This document shows positions 10,118 to 18,792 of a DNA stretch of 32,000 bases, piece after piece. The position numbers were made by a program, and so were the translations under genes. Location: positions 450,001 to 482,000 of the forward strand of contig CAWJMG010000003.1 of assembly GCA_963843975.1 (NCBI GenBank). The letters run 5' to 3'. The DNA is from an uncultured Actinomycetes bacterium. Its GTDB lineage: Bacteria; Actinomycetota; Actinomycetes; S36-B12; CAIYMF01. How positions within the stretch are numbered: position 1 is the first letter of the stretch; each line of letters starts with the position of its first letter. Under the pieces are notes generated by a model. The model saw only the letters and a list, made by a program, of their open reading frames with translations. It did not search any database and was not told the DNA's origin.

Positions 10118-10774
10118 ATGGCCGAGCTGGTCTTCTTCTCCGGGACCATGGACTGCGGCAAGTCCACGCTGGCCCTGCAGACCGACCACAACCACGCCGC
10201 CCGCGGGCGCGCGGGGATCGTGTTCAGCCGCCTCGACCGCGCCGGCGAGGACACGCTCTCGAGCCGCCTCGGGCTCAAGGTGCCCGCCGTCGAGGTGTCG
10301 GCCGAGACCGACTTCTGGCAGCACGTGACCGACGTGCTCGCCTCCGGCGGCCGCGTCGACTACCTCATCTGCGACGAGGCCCAGTTCTACGAGCGCGAGC
10401 AGGTCGACCAGCTCGCCCGCATCGTCGACGAGCTCTCGATCGACGTCTTCGCCTTCGGGATCCTCACCGACTTCCGCACCGAGCTCTTCCCTGGCTCGCG
10501 GCGGCTCACCGAGCTCGCCGACAAGGTGCAGGTGCTGCAGGTCGAGGCGCTCTGCTGGTGCGGACGCCGGGCCACCCACAACGCCCGCACGGTCAACGGC
10601 GTCATGGTGGTCGAGGGCGACCAGGTCGTCGTCGGCGACACGTTCAGCGCCGACGTCGTGGCCTACGAGGTGCTCTGCCGCCGGCACCACACCCGCCGGA
10701 TGACGGCGGCCACCTCGATGCACGCGCACATGAGCCCGACGCCGCTGCCGTTCGACGAGCCCGCCCGCGCATGA
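10118..10774 (+). CDS. tdk: Thymidine kinase
   Basis: ATG at 10118 follows GAGGAG. P-loop FFSGTMDCGKST, DEAQF motif and a Cys pair (CWCGRRATHNAR) are present. The upstream part of the track ORF is junk. Confidence 0.9.
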   Translation: MAELVFFSGTMDCGKSTLALQTDHNHAARGRAGIVFSRLDRAGEDTLSSRLGLKVPAVEVSAETDFWQHVTDVLASGGRVDYLICDEAQFYEREQVDQLARIVDELSIDVFAFGILTDFRTELFPGSRRLTELADKVQVLQVEALCWCGRRATHNARTVNGVMVVEGDQVVVGDTFSADVVAYEVLCRRHHTRRMTAATSMHAHMSPTPLPFDEPARA

Positions 10775-11625
10775 CCTTCCTGGTCGACGCCGTGTCGCTT
10801 GCGGTCGAGCTCGGCTCGGACCGACCGCCCGTGGTGCTCGACACCCGCTGGAGCCACGCCGGTCCGCCCGGGCGCTCGGTGCACGCCCAGGGGCACGTGC
10901 CGGGCGCGGTCTTCGTCGACCTCGATGTTGATCTCGCTGCCCCGCCTGGTGCGGGTGGGCGCCACCCGCTGCCCGACCCTTCGTCGTTCGCTGCCGCGAT
11001 GCGCCGGGCCGGCGTCACGCTCGACCGGCCGGTCGTGGTGATGGACGGCCGCGAGGGGTCGCAGGCCGCGCGGATGTGGTGGCTGCTGCGGCACCACGGC
11101 CACGACGACGTCCGGCTCCTCGACGGCGGCCTCGCCGCGTGGGCCGCGGCCGGGGGAGAGGTCGCGACCGGTGACGCGGGTGCGCCGTACGGCGACGACG
11201 GCCCGGTCGGCGGTGTGCGCTTCACGGCCTCGGTCGCGCGGCTGCCTCTGCTGGATGCTTCTGGCGCTGCGGAGGTCGCGCGCGACGGCGTGCTGCTCGA
11301 CGCCCGCGCAGAGGAGCGCTACCTCGGCCAGACCGAGCCGATCGATCCCGTGGCGGGCCATATCCCCGGCGCGGTGACGATGCCGACGCTCGACCTCGTC
11401 GACGAGGACGGCCGCTTCCTCGAGCCCGACATCCTGCGGGTGCTGTTCGCCGGCGTCGACGCACGGCCGGGCTCGCTGGTCGGCGTCTACTGCGGGTCGG
11501 GCGTGACGGCGTCGCACGACGTGCTGGCGCTGGCCGAGGCCGGCATCGACGCCGCCCTCTACGCCGGCTCCTGGTCCGAGTGGATCACCGACCCGACCCG
11601 CCCGATCGCCACGACCGATCGCTAG
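10771..11625 (+). CDS. sseA: Two-domain rhodanese sulfurtransferase (3-mercaptopyruvate sulfurtransferase-type active-site loop)
   Basis: ATG at 10771 overlaps the tdk stop (ATGA). Tandem rhodanese domains are present, with active-site loop YCGSGVTASH (CGSGVTA type rather than CRKGVTA). Confidence 0.8.
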   Translation: MTFLVDAVSLAVELGSDRPPVVLDTRWSHAGPPGRSVHAQGHVPGAVFVDLDVDLAAPPGAGGRHPLPDPSSFAAAMRRAGVTLDRPVVVMDGREGSQAARMWWLLRHHGHDDVRLLDGGLAAWAAAGGEVATGDAGAPYGDDGPVGGVRFTASVARLPLLDASGAAEVARDGVLLDARAEERYLGQTEPIDPVAGHIPGAVTMPTLDLVDEDGRFLEPDILRVLFAGVDARPGSLVGVYCGSGVTASHDVLALAEAGIDAALYAGSWSEWITDPTRPIATTDR

Positions 11626-11710
11626 CCCGACCCGGCTCGTCATGGCGGGTCGTGCCCCAACCCGCCCCGTATCCGGCAATAGGCATCGCATTGTCGGGCA
11701 GGATGCGGGG

Positions 11711-12325
11711 GTGCCGACCTTCGACATCGACGACCCTGACCCAGGTCCCGATCTTCGCCTGGCGTTGGGGGGCCCGGTCACCATGTTCTTCCGTGCGTCT
11801 GTGCTCGAGGAGACCCAGGAGTGGCTAGCGGCTCACGGGTACGACGTCGTAACCGTCGATGCTGAAGCGTGGGTTTCACCGGGCGACATGCAGGACGCGA
11901 TGGCCATGGCTCTTAGCTTCCCGGACTACTACGGGCGGAATCTTGACGCCCTCAATGACTGCCTCAGCGACGTTGCCGCCGGTGCCTATGGCACCACGGA
12001 GTCGGCGACGGGACTTGTGCTGGTCATCCTTCGCTTCGACGCCTTCGCTCATCGGGAGCCAGTGGTCGCCCACGCTCTCTGCGACATCTTCGCCACCCAG
12101 GCCCGAGGCGCTGCCCTCTTCGGACGCCGCATGATGTGCCTGCTGCAAAGCGATGATCCGCGTTTGACCATCCCACCGGTCGGAAGCTTCGCCGGTTCTC
12201 TGGAACCCCGCCGAGTGGCTGGACTCGAAGCGGACATAGCGAGCGGATGTGCCGTTAGCGATCGCATCGGGCAGTCGGGTTTTCGGGCCGTGACTGTCCA
12301 CAGGTTGTGGACGACGGATCGCTGA
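11711..12325 (+). CDS. Barstar-family (ribonuclease inhibitor) protein with N- and C-terminal extensions
   Basis: ALSFPDYYGRNLDALNDCLSD aligns by eye with the barstar core LPEYYGENLDALWDCLTG, followed by GLVLVILRFDAF. The start is ambiguous (ATG 11642, GTG 11711, ATG 11783). Many codons end in A/T, unlike neighbouring genes. Confidence 0.6.
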   Translation: MPTFDIDDPDPGPDLRLALGGPVTMFFRASVLEETQEWLAAHGYDVVTVDAEAWVSPGDMQDAMAMALSFPDYYGRNLDALNDCLSDVAAGAYGTTESATGLVLVILRFDAFAHREPVVAHALCDIFATQARGAALFGRRMMCLLQSDDPRLTIPPVGSFAGSLEPRRVAGLEADIASGCAVSDRIGQSGFRAVTVHRLWTTDR

Positions 12326-12371
12326 AAGTCGTTGGGATTGCTCAGGTTTCGGCGTTGTCGGGGGTTGCGGA

Positions 12372-12377
12372 TAGATT
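12372..12377 (+). promoter_or_regulatory. Candidate -10 box (TAGATT) for a leaderless DUF222-HNH transcript
   Basis: A TANNNT hexamer in an AT-rich patch lies 7 nt upstream of ATG 12385, with no SD. Confidence 0.3.
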
Positions 12378-12384
12378 CATACAC

Positions 12385-14011
12385 ATGTACGATGCTGGCA
12401 TGCCCACTCACGACGCCACGCCGCAGGTCTGCGACCTGTCGGGTGCGTCGCTGGGCGAGGTCGCCGGGTTCCTCGACGCGTGCGCGCACCGCATCGGTGA
12501 GCTGGTGGAGTCGGGTGCGCATCGTGAGCTGGACGGTGCTTCGCAGGTCGGCCTGGTCCGTGAGCTGAACCGTGCGGCGGGTGTGGCCGAGGCTGCGCAG
12601 GCGGTGGTCGGCCTGGCGTCGCACCGGTCCGGGGAGCTGCGGCAGGAGGGCTACTTCTCGGTCAAGGGTCTGCTGGCCGACGGGGTGGGGGTGTCGGGGG
12701 CGCAGGGGTCGCGGGTGTCCAAGCTCGGCACCGGGATGGAGCGCTACCCGCTCATCCGGGTCGGGGTCCTGGCCGGTCGGATCAACCCCGACTCGGCCCG
12801 GGCCGCGTGCGAGGGCATCAACTCCGCGACCTCGGACCTGCGCGGCACGGCCAGGCAGGAAGCCCGCGACCTCGGCGAGGCGATCATGGTCGGGGTGTGC
12901 GAGACCGCCACCACCACCGAGGTGGAGAAGACCGCCGCCGCGTTGATCTTCCGCCTCGACCCCGAGTCCGCCGCCCGCCGCGCCCTCGAAGCACTCGAGA
13001 AGCGGCACGTGAAGGTCGGCACCATCGGCGAGACCGCCGTCGTCCGGATGGTGCTGGACGCGTGGACCGGGGCGCAGCTGGTCACCCTGCTGGAGACCAA
13101 GGTCGACGAGTGGTTCCGCACCGGGTCGCTGCCCGAGCATCTGCAGCCCACCGGCGACGACGACGAGGACACCCGCCGCCGCACCCTCGAACGGCCACGG
13201 CTGCTGGCCGAGGCGTTCGCCGAGGCTCATCGAGGAGATGCTCGGCCTGGCCGGCACCCGCGGCGGGTCCCCGGTCAACGTGACCTTCCTCGGCTCGGGC
13301 GACGTCCACGCCGACGGCGGCGCCGCGGAGATCCTGGTCCCCGGCCGTGAAGCCGTCCCCGTGCCGGCGGAGACGCTCGAGCGCGCGATGTGCGAGGCCG
13401 AGGTCACCGACATCCACATCGTCGGCCTCGTCCCCGACCGCTCGTCCCTGGGGCAGATCGCCCGCTCCGACCGTCGCGTCCGCGAAGCAGCGCAGTGGGT
13501 GCACCCCGGCGACCTCCTCGGCCACGACCACGACCACCACGACACCGACGACGCCAGCCACGCTGACGACGCCGCTCGTGACCACGCCGGCGATCCGCAC
13601 GACCTCACCGGGCAGTGCGCGCACGTCCACTGCGTCGCCCGCCGCCACCGCTTCGCCACCCGCGACCAACGCGCCGCCCTCGCCGCCCGCGACCGGCACT
13701 GCCGGTTCCCCGGCTGCCGCGTCGACCCGTCGCGCTGCCGCGCCCACCACATCCGCACCTGGACCCAGGGCGGCGCGACCTGCCTGTCGAACCTGGTGCT
13801 CCTGTGCCAGCGGCACCATGCCCTGGTGCACGAGCTGCGCTGGACCATCCACCCCGACGACACCCTCGACCCCGGCCACCCCGACCGCTGGCGATTCCAC
13901 CCACCCGCCAGCGGCTACGTCGGCAAAGACGGCGCCCTCCTCGCCGAACGCATCAGACGAGGACAACCACCCGAACCACCCGGCTCACCACCCAGACACG
14001 CCGCCGCCTGA
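12385..14011 (+). pseudogene. DUF222 + HNH endonuclease (REP13E12-type) gene split by a frameshift
   Basis: The DUF222-like N-terminal part is in the frame of ORF 12307..13350. The continuation and HNH motif ([45 protein letters not shown]) are in the frame of ORF 13238..14011. Reading ...LLAEAFAE|LIEEMLGLAGTRGG is restored by dropping one G at about 13225. Confidence 0.75.
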
Positions 14012-14097
14012 CCGACACCACCCGCGATCGACCGCCTCGACCCGACGCCGCACCCGGCGCTCGGGTCACAGGCACGTGCACCGGAGGCCTTGTCCCG

Positions 14098-14487
14098 CTA
14101 GTGATCCGGCCGCGCGGGGGTGAGGCGGGCGAAGCCGCCAGAGACCGCCACGTCGCCGCAAGGCACGAGCCAGTCAGGCGTCTCGACCGCGGACACGGCG
14201 TACATCCCGCCGATGTCGACGAAGGGGAGCAGCGCATCCAGCAGCAACGGTCCGGCATCCCCGTCGTCGGAGAGATCCAGGATCGCGCCGCGCGGGCCGC
14301 CGAGCCGCACATGCGTGATGAGCTCGTCGAGCGAGCCGTGCACCATCCGGCGCACGAACTCCGGAAGCACGTCGAGGCCGAGAGTCGACGCAGCAGCAGC
14401 GACGGAGTCGAACGGCACATTGCCAAGGGCGAGCAGCCCCGGGCCATGGCGCGCGGGCATCTCCGTGGTCGTGAGCCAGGAGCTCAC
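14098..14487 (-). CDS. Small hypothetical protein, SUKH/SMI1-KNR4-like (immunity-type fold) by motif order
   Basis: 129-aa ORF whose GTG at 14487 lies 6 nt after the sepH stop. [14 protein letters not shown] and [13 protein letters not shown] resemble the LP-x-x-y-x-x-f and ipfa-x-dggG elements of SMI1/KNR4 domains in the correct order. Noticeably more A/T-ending codons than sepH. Confidence 0.45.
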   Translation of the reverse strand: MSSWLTTTEMPARHGPGLLALGNVPFDSVAAAASTLGLDVLPEFVRRMVHGSLDELITHVRLGGPRGAILDLSDDGDAGPLLLDALLPFVDIGGMYAVSAVETPDWLVPCGDVAVSGGFARLTPARPDH

Positions 14488-14493
14488 GGCGGG

Positions 14494-15444
14494 TCAGCTC
14501 TCGGGGTCGCGGGCGCCGAACAGGATCTCGTCCCAGCTCGGCACGCTGGCCCGCGGCTTGCTGCCCTTCTCGGCGTCGCCGACCTCGGGCGGGGTCGTCC
14601 GAGCGGCCTTGCGGCGGGCGCGGCGCGACTGGCGGTTCTCCGGGCGCTTGAGGCCGGGGAGCGTGTCATAGAGGTCGTGCAGCGGCGACTCGTCCTCGGG
14701 CTCGATCGGCGGCCGGTCCATGAGGTCGACGACGTCGGCGCTCGGCTCGGTCTCGACGATGGCGGAGAACGCGGCGTCGGGGTCGATCTGCTCGTCGTCC
14801 CAGTGGTCGACGTCGTCGCCGCTCGGGAGGCCCACGAGGAACGGGCGGCCGTCGAGCGGCACCTCCTCGGTGGGGCGGTCGCCGAGCAGCCAGCCGCTGG
14901 CGCTGTCGTCGGCGGAGATGGTGCGGACGCCGTTGTCGTAGATCCAGAGCGCCGCGGTGGCGCCGCCGGCGACGGAGTGGCGCGGCTCCCAGGAGGCGAG
15001 CACCGACCAGGTGCCGTCCTCGCGGCGCCAGGCGTCCCACTCGAGCGTGCTGGCGTCGACGCCGCCGCCCTCGAGTCCGGCGACGACGGTCTCCTCGAGC
15101 GTGGCGGAGGTGCCGGCGGTGCGGAGCTCGGTCTCGCGGGCCTGGGCCGCGAGGTGCTCGCGCTCGGCGAGCACCGGCCCGGCGAAGCGCATGACGCGGT
15201 CGACCGTGAGGCCGGAGGTCGCGGCGATGTCGTCGGGGCTCTGGCCATGGCGCACCCTCATCTGGATGTCGCGCGGCGTCGTGCCGTCGAGGGTGATCTC
15301 GAGCTGCCCGAGGCGGCTCTTGTCGCGGCGCACCGCGGCCTCGAGCCGCTCGTCGCACGGGACGGTGTAGCGGGTGCCGTCGGTGCTGCTGAGGACCAGG
15401 CTGTGACCGTCGTCGCTGAGCCCGACGAACGACAGCTCGCGCAT
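14494..15444 (-). CDS. sepH: Septation protein SepH (DUF3071 family)
   Basis: ATG at 15444 is preceded by AGGAGG. N-terminus [28 protein letters not shown], an HTH-like [21 protein letters not shown], an acidic linker and a basic C-terminus ending ...[13 protein letters not shown] are typical of SepH. Confidence 0.8.
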   Translation of the reverse strand: MRELSFVGLSDDGHSLVLSSTDGTRYTVPCDERLEAAVRRDKSRLGQLEITLDGTTPRDIQMRVRHGQSPDDIAATSGLTVDRVMRFAGPVLAEREHLAAQARETELRTAGTSATLEETVVAGLEGGGVDASTLEWDAWRREDGTWSVLASWEPRHSVAGGATAALWIYDNGVRTISADDSASGWLLGDRPTEEVPLDGRPFLVGLPSGDDVDHWDDEQIDPDAAFSAIVETEPSADVVDLMDRPPIEPEDESPLHDLYDTLPGLKRPENRQSRRARRKAARTTPPEVGDAEKGSKPRASVPSWDEILFGARDPES

Positions 15445-15546
15445 CGGTCCTCCTACCGTCCGGGCGCCCGTCCTGGGCGCTGCCCGGCCAGTCTCGCCCG
15501 AGCAGGCCCTCAGGTCGAGGACCGCCACGCGTGCGCGAGGGTCCGA

Positions 15547-16779
15547 TCAGGCCGGGTCGCCGTGCGCGTCGACGCCGTTGTCGGCATCTGCCCCGTCGAG
15601 CGACCGGCGCAGGTGCGGGGTGCCGAGGACGCCGAGCCCGGCGGCCAGGAGTGCGGAGACCGTCAGCACCCAGTACGCCGTGGACGCGCCGTACCGGTCG
15701 ATGATCGGCCCGGAGATCGAGGTGCCGGTGGCGAAGCCGACGGTCAGGCCGGCCATGACGACCGTCAGACCCTCGGTGAGCCGCTGCGAAGGGACGAGCC
15801 GCTCGACCAGGGCGAAGCCGGTGATCAGGCTGGGTGCGACCGCGAGGCCCGCGACGAGGACGGCCACGCCGAGCAGGACCGGCGAGCCGATGAACGGGAA
15901 CGGCAGGCCGACGAGCGCGACGAGCAACAGGTAGGTGCGGAACTGCGCGGGCAACGGCGTCCGCAGGTGCAGGACGCCGAGCACGAGACCGGCGATGCCG
16001 GAGCCGAGCGCGTAGAGGGCGAGCAGCAGGCCGGTCCAGCCGCGTACGTCGTACTCCGCGGCGAAGGCGACGGTGACGACCTCGTTGGCGCCGAACACGG
16101 CGCCGACGAAGAAGAACACGCCGGCCACCAGTGGCACGCCGGCGTAGCGGGCAGCCGCCTTGCCGCCGATGTGCGAGGACCCGGCCGCGGGCGGCTCGGT
16201 GGCGCGCAGCGGCACGAGCATCACCGTGCCGACGACCATGAGAACGATGCTCGCGCCGATGGCGCCCCAAGTGACGAGCGAGATCGCGAGCAGCGTGGCG
16301 ACCGGGGGGCCGGCCACGAAGACGACCTCGTCGATGACCGATTCGTAGGCGAACGCCGTGCGCACGTCCTGGGGCTCGTCGAGCACGTACGCCCAGCGGG
16401 CACGGGCGAGCGAGCCGAAGTTGGGCACGAACGCCTCGCCGAGGCCGAAGCACACGAACCAGGTCCACACCGGCGCGTCGAGCAGCACCAGCGCGATGAA
16501 GGTCAGCTGGAACACCAGCGCGATCGCGACCACGATCGGGATGACCTTGTGCTGGCTGTACCGGTCGATGTAGCGCGAGACGAACGGCCCGATCAGCGCG
16601 TTGGAGACCGCGCCGACCGCCGACACGCCTCCGGCGACGGCGTACGGCTCGCCCCGCAGCGTGAGGAAGAGCACCACGCCGAGGCCGAGCATCGCCATGG
16701 GGAGGCGTGCGACGAACGCCGCCGAGCTGAACCTGAAGGCGCCGGGGCGGCGCAGCAGGGTCAGGTAGGGCGTGAGCAC
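15547..16779 (-). CDS. MFS transporter
   Basis: 410-aa ORF with GTG start, 12 predicted hydrophobic segments and an MFS-like loop ([11 protein letters not shown]). Confidence 0.8.
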   Translation of the reverse strand: MLTPYLTLLRRPGAFRFSSAAFVARLPMAMLGLGVVLFLTLRGEPYAVAGGVSAVGAVSNALIGPFVSRYIDRYSQHKVIPIVVAIALVFQLTFIALVLLDAPVWTWFVCFGLGEAFVPNFGSLARARWAYVLDEPQDVRTAFAYESVIDEVVFVAGPPVATLLAISLVTWGAIGASIVLMVVGTVMLVPLRATEPPAAGSSHIGGKAAARYAGVPLVAGVFFFVGAVFGANEVVTVAFAAEYDVRGWTGLLLALYALGSGIAGLVLGVLHLRTPLPAQFRTYLLLVALVGLPFPFIGSPVLLGVAVLVAGLAVAPSLITGFALVERLVPSQRLTEGLTVVMAGLTVGFATGTSISGPIIDRYGASTAYWVLTVSALLAAGLGVLGTPHLRRSLDGADADNGVDAHGDPA

Positions 16780-16836
16780 CCGGTGACGCTATCGACCGGG
16801 AGTGCGTGCCGACGAATCCGTTGGGAGGATCACGAC

Positions 16837-17925
16837 GTGACCCTCTCCGGCCCGCGCGGCTCGTACGACGCCCTCCTGCTCGTCTCGTTCGGGGGCCCCG
16901 AGGGTCCGGATGACGTCGTCCCCTTCCTGGAGAACGTCACCCGCGGCCGCGGCATCCCGCGCGAGCGGCTCGTCGCGGTGGGCGCGCACTACACCGCCTT
17001 CGGCGGGGTGTCGCCGATCAACCAGCAGAACCGCGACCTGCTCGCAGCGCTGCGCGCGGACCTCGCCGGTGCAGGTGTCGACCTGCCGGTCTACTGGGGC
17101 AACCGCAACTGGGACCCGTACCTCGCCGACGCGCTCCGCGAGATGCGCGCGGACGGCATCACGTCGGCCCTGTGCCTCATGACGAGCGCCTACTCGTCGT
17201 ACTCCGGCTGCAGGCAGTACCGCGAGAACCTCGCCGACGCGGTCTCGGAGGTGGAGGCCGACGGCCTCGGCCCGGCGCCGCACCTGGACAAGCTGCGGCA
17301 CTTCTTCGACCACCCCGGCTTCGTCGAGCCGATGGTCGACTCCGTCGTCGAGTGCGTGCAGAGCCTCGCGGCCGACGGCGTGCTCGCCCCCCGGCTCGTC
17401 TTCACGACGCACTCGATCCCGACGGCGTCGGCCGAGACCTCCGGCCCGGAGGGCGGTGCCTACGTCGCTCAGCATGAGGCGGTCGCCGAGCTCGTGACCC
17501 GCGCGGTCGCCGCCCGCGTGCAGGTGCAGGACGGGTGGGACCTCGTCTACCAGTCGCGGTCCGGCGCGCCGCAGATCCCGTGGCTCGAGCCGGACATCAG
17601 CGATCACCTCGCAGTGCTGAAGGCCGACGGCGTGCCCGGGGTCGTCATCTCGCCGATCGGGTTCGTGAGCGACCACATGGAGGTCGTCTGGGATCTCGAC
17701 ACCCTGGCGCTCGCCGACGCCCGTGAGCTCGGCCTTCCGGCCCTGCGCTCGGCGACAGTCGGCACCGATCCCCGGTTCGTCGCGATGGTGCGCGAGCTCG
17801 TGCTCGAGCGGGTCGGATCTACGCCGGCGCGCGCGGAGTCGCCGCTCGGCCCGATGCACGACGTCTGCCCGGGCACCTGCTGCCCGAACCCGCGCGGCCC
17901 GCGCCCCGCGCTCTGCGAGGTCTGA
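16837..17925 (+). CDS. hemH: Ferrochelatase (coproporphyrin ferrochelatase type) with C-terminal Cys cluster
   Basis: GTG at 16837 follows GGGAGGA. Motifs [18 protein letters not shown] and [14 protein letters not shown] are present, with C-terminus [17 protein letters not shown]. This is the only real part of the 1436-aa track ORF. Confidence 0.9.
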   Translation: MTLSGPRGSYDALLLVSFGGPEGPDDVVPFLENVTRGRGIPRERLVAVGAHYTAFGGVSPINQQNRDLLAALRADLAGAGVDLPVYWGNRNWDPYLADALREMRADGITSALCLMTSAYSSYSGCRQYRENLADAVSEVEADGLGPAPHLDKLRHFFDHPGFVEPMVDSVVECVQSLAADGVLAPRLVFTTHSIPTASAETSGPEGGAYVAQHEAVAELVTRAVAARVQVQDGWDLVYQSRSGAPQIPWLEPDISDHLAVLKADGVPGVVISPIGFVSDHMEVVWDLDTLALADARELGLPALRSATVGTDPRFVAMVRELVLERVGSTPARAESPLGPMHDVCPGTCCPNPRGPRPALCEV

Positions 17926-17937
17926 CAGGATCGAGGC

Positions 17938-18765
17938 GTGGACATCGAGTACGACCCCCGCCTGCTCGACGAGCTGCACGACATCGCGGTCGCGGCCGCA
18001 CGGCAGGCGGGCGAGCTGGTCCTCGAGGGCCGGCGCGGTCGGATCGACGTCGCCGCCACCAAGTCCAGCGCCACCGACGTCGTCACCGAGATGGACCGCG
18101 CCAGCGAGCGGATGCTGGTCGACCGGATCCTGTCCCAGCGCCCCGACGACGGGATCCTCGGCGAGGAGGGCGCCGACCACATCGGGTCGAGCGGCGTCCG
18201 CTGGGTGCTCGACCCCATCGACGGCACGGTGAACTACCTCTACGGCCTGCCGGAGTGGGCGGTCTCGGTGGCGGCGGAGATCGACGGCATCACCGTGGTC
18301 GGCGTCGTCGAGGCGCCGGCGCTGGGGGAGACGTACGTCGCCACCCAGGGTCGCGGTGCGCGGCTGCACGACAAGCACGGCGTCCACGACCTGCGCGTGA
18401 ACGACCCGGTCACCCTCGAGCAGGCTCTGGTCGCGACCGGCTTCGGCTACCGCGTCGAGCGTCGCGTGGCGCAGGCCCGCGTCGTCGAGCAGGTCGTCCC
18501 GCGCGTGCGCGACATCCGCCGCGGGGGAGCGTGCAGCGTCGACCTCTGCTCGGTCGCCGCCGGCCGCGTCGACGCCTACTACGAGCGCGGTCCCATGGCG
18601 TGGGACCTCGCCGCGGGCGGACTCGTGGCCACCGAGGCCGGTGCCCTGCTCGAGGGCCTCCACGGCAAGGTGGCAGGCGAGGACCTCATCATCGCGGCCG
18701 GCCCGGGCCTCTTCCCGTCCTTGCACGACCTGCTCGCCGACCTCGCCGCCGACAGCGGCGACTGA
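17938..18765 (+). CDS. Inositol monophosphatase family protein
   Basis: 275 aa with motifs GEEG, WVLDPIDGTVNY and WDLAAG. Confidence 0.85.
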   Translation: MDIEYDPRLLDELHDIAVAAARQAGELVLEGRRGRIDVAATKSSATDVVTEMDRASERMLVDRILSQRPDDGILGEEGADHIGSSGVRWVLDPIDGTVNYLYGLPEWAVSVAAEIDGITVVGVVEAPALGETYVATQGRGARLHDKHGVHDLRVNDPVTLEQALVATGFGYRVERRVAQARVVEQVVPRVRDIRRGGACSVDLCSVAAGRVDAYYERGPMAWDLAAGGLVATEAGALLEGLHGKVAGEDLIIAAGPGLFPSLHDLLADLAADSGD

Positions 18766-18792
18766 CCTCGCCCGCAGAGTGAAGAGGACCTC

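Noticed and set aside
11628-11652. Shared motif CGACCCG...CGGGTC at both edges of the islet (11628-11652 and 14038-14067) as possible att sites or direct repeats
   Set aside because: The motifs are short (6-7 nt) and GC-rich, with different spacing (11 versus 17 nt). This is plausible by chance in DNA this G+C-rich. No longer direct or inverted terminal repeats were found, and no integrase, transposase or tRNA is nearby.
11876-12301. 141-aa reverse ORF opposite the barstar-like gene as a candidate hidden toxin or RNase
   Set aside because: It shows no RNase-like motifs and has junk-like composition. It lies fully antisense to a better-supported coding frame.
13615-17925. 1436-aa forward ORF
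   Set aside because: Only the last 362 codons (ferrochelatase, from GTG 16837) are protein-like. Upstream it runs antisense through sepH and the MFS gene with Arg/Pro/Gly junk composition.
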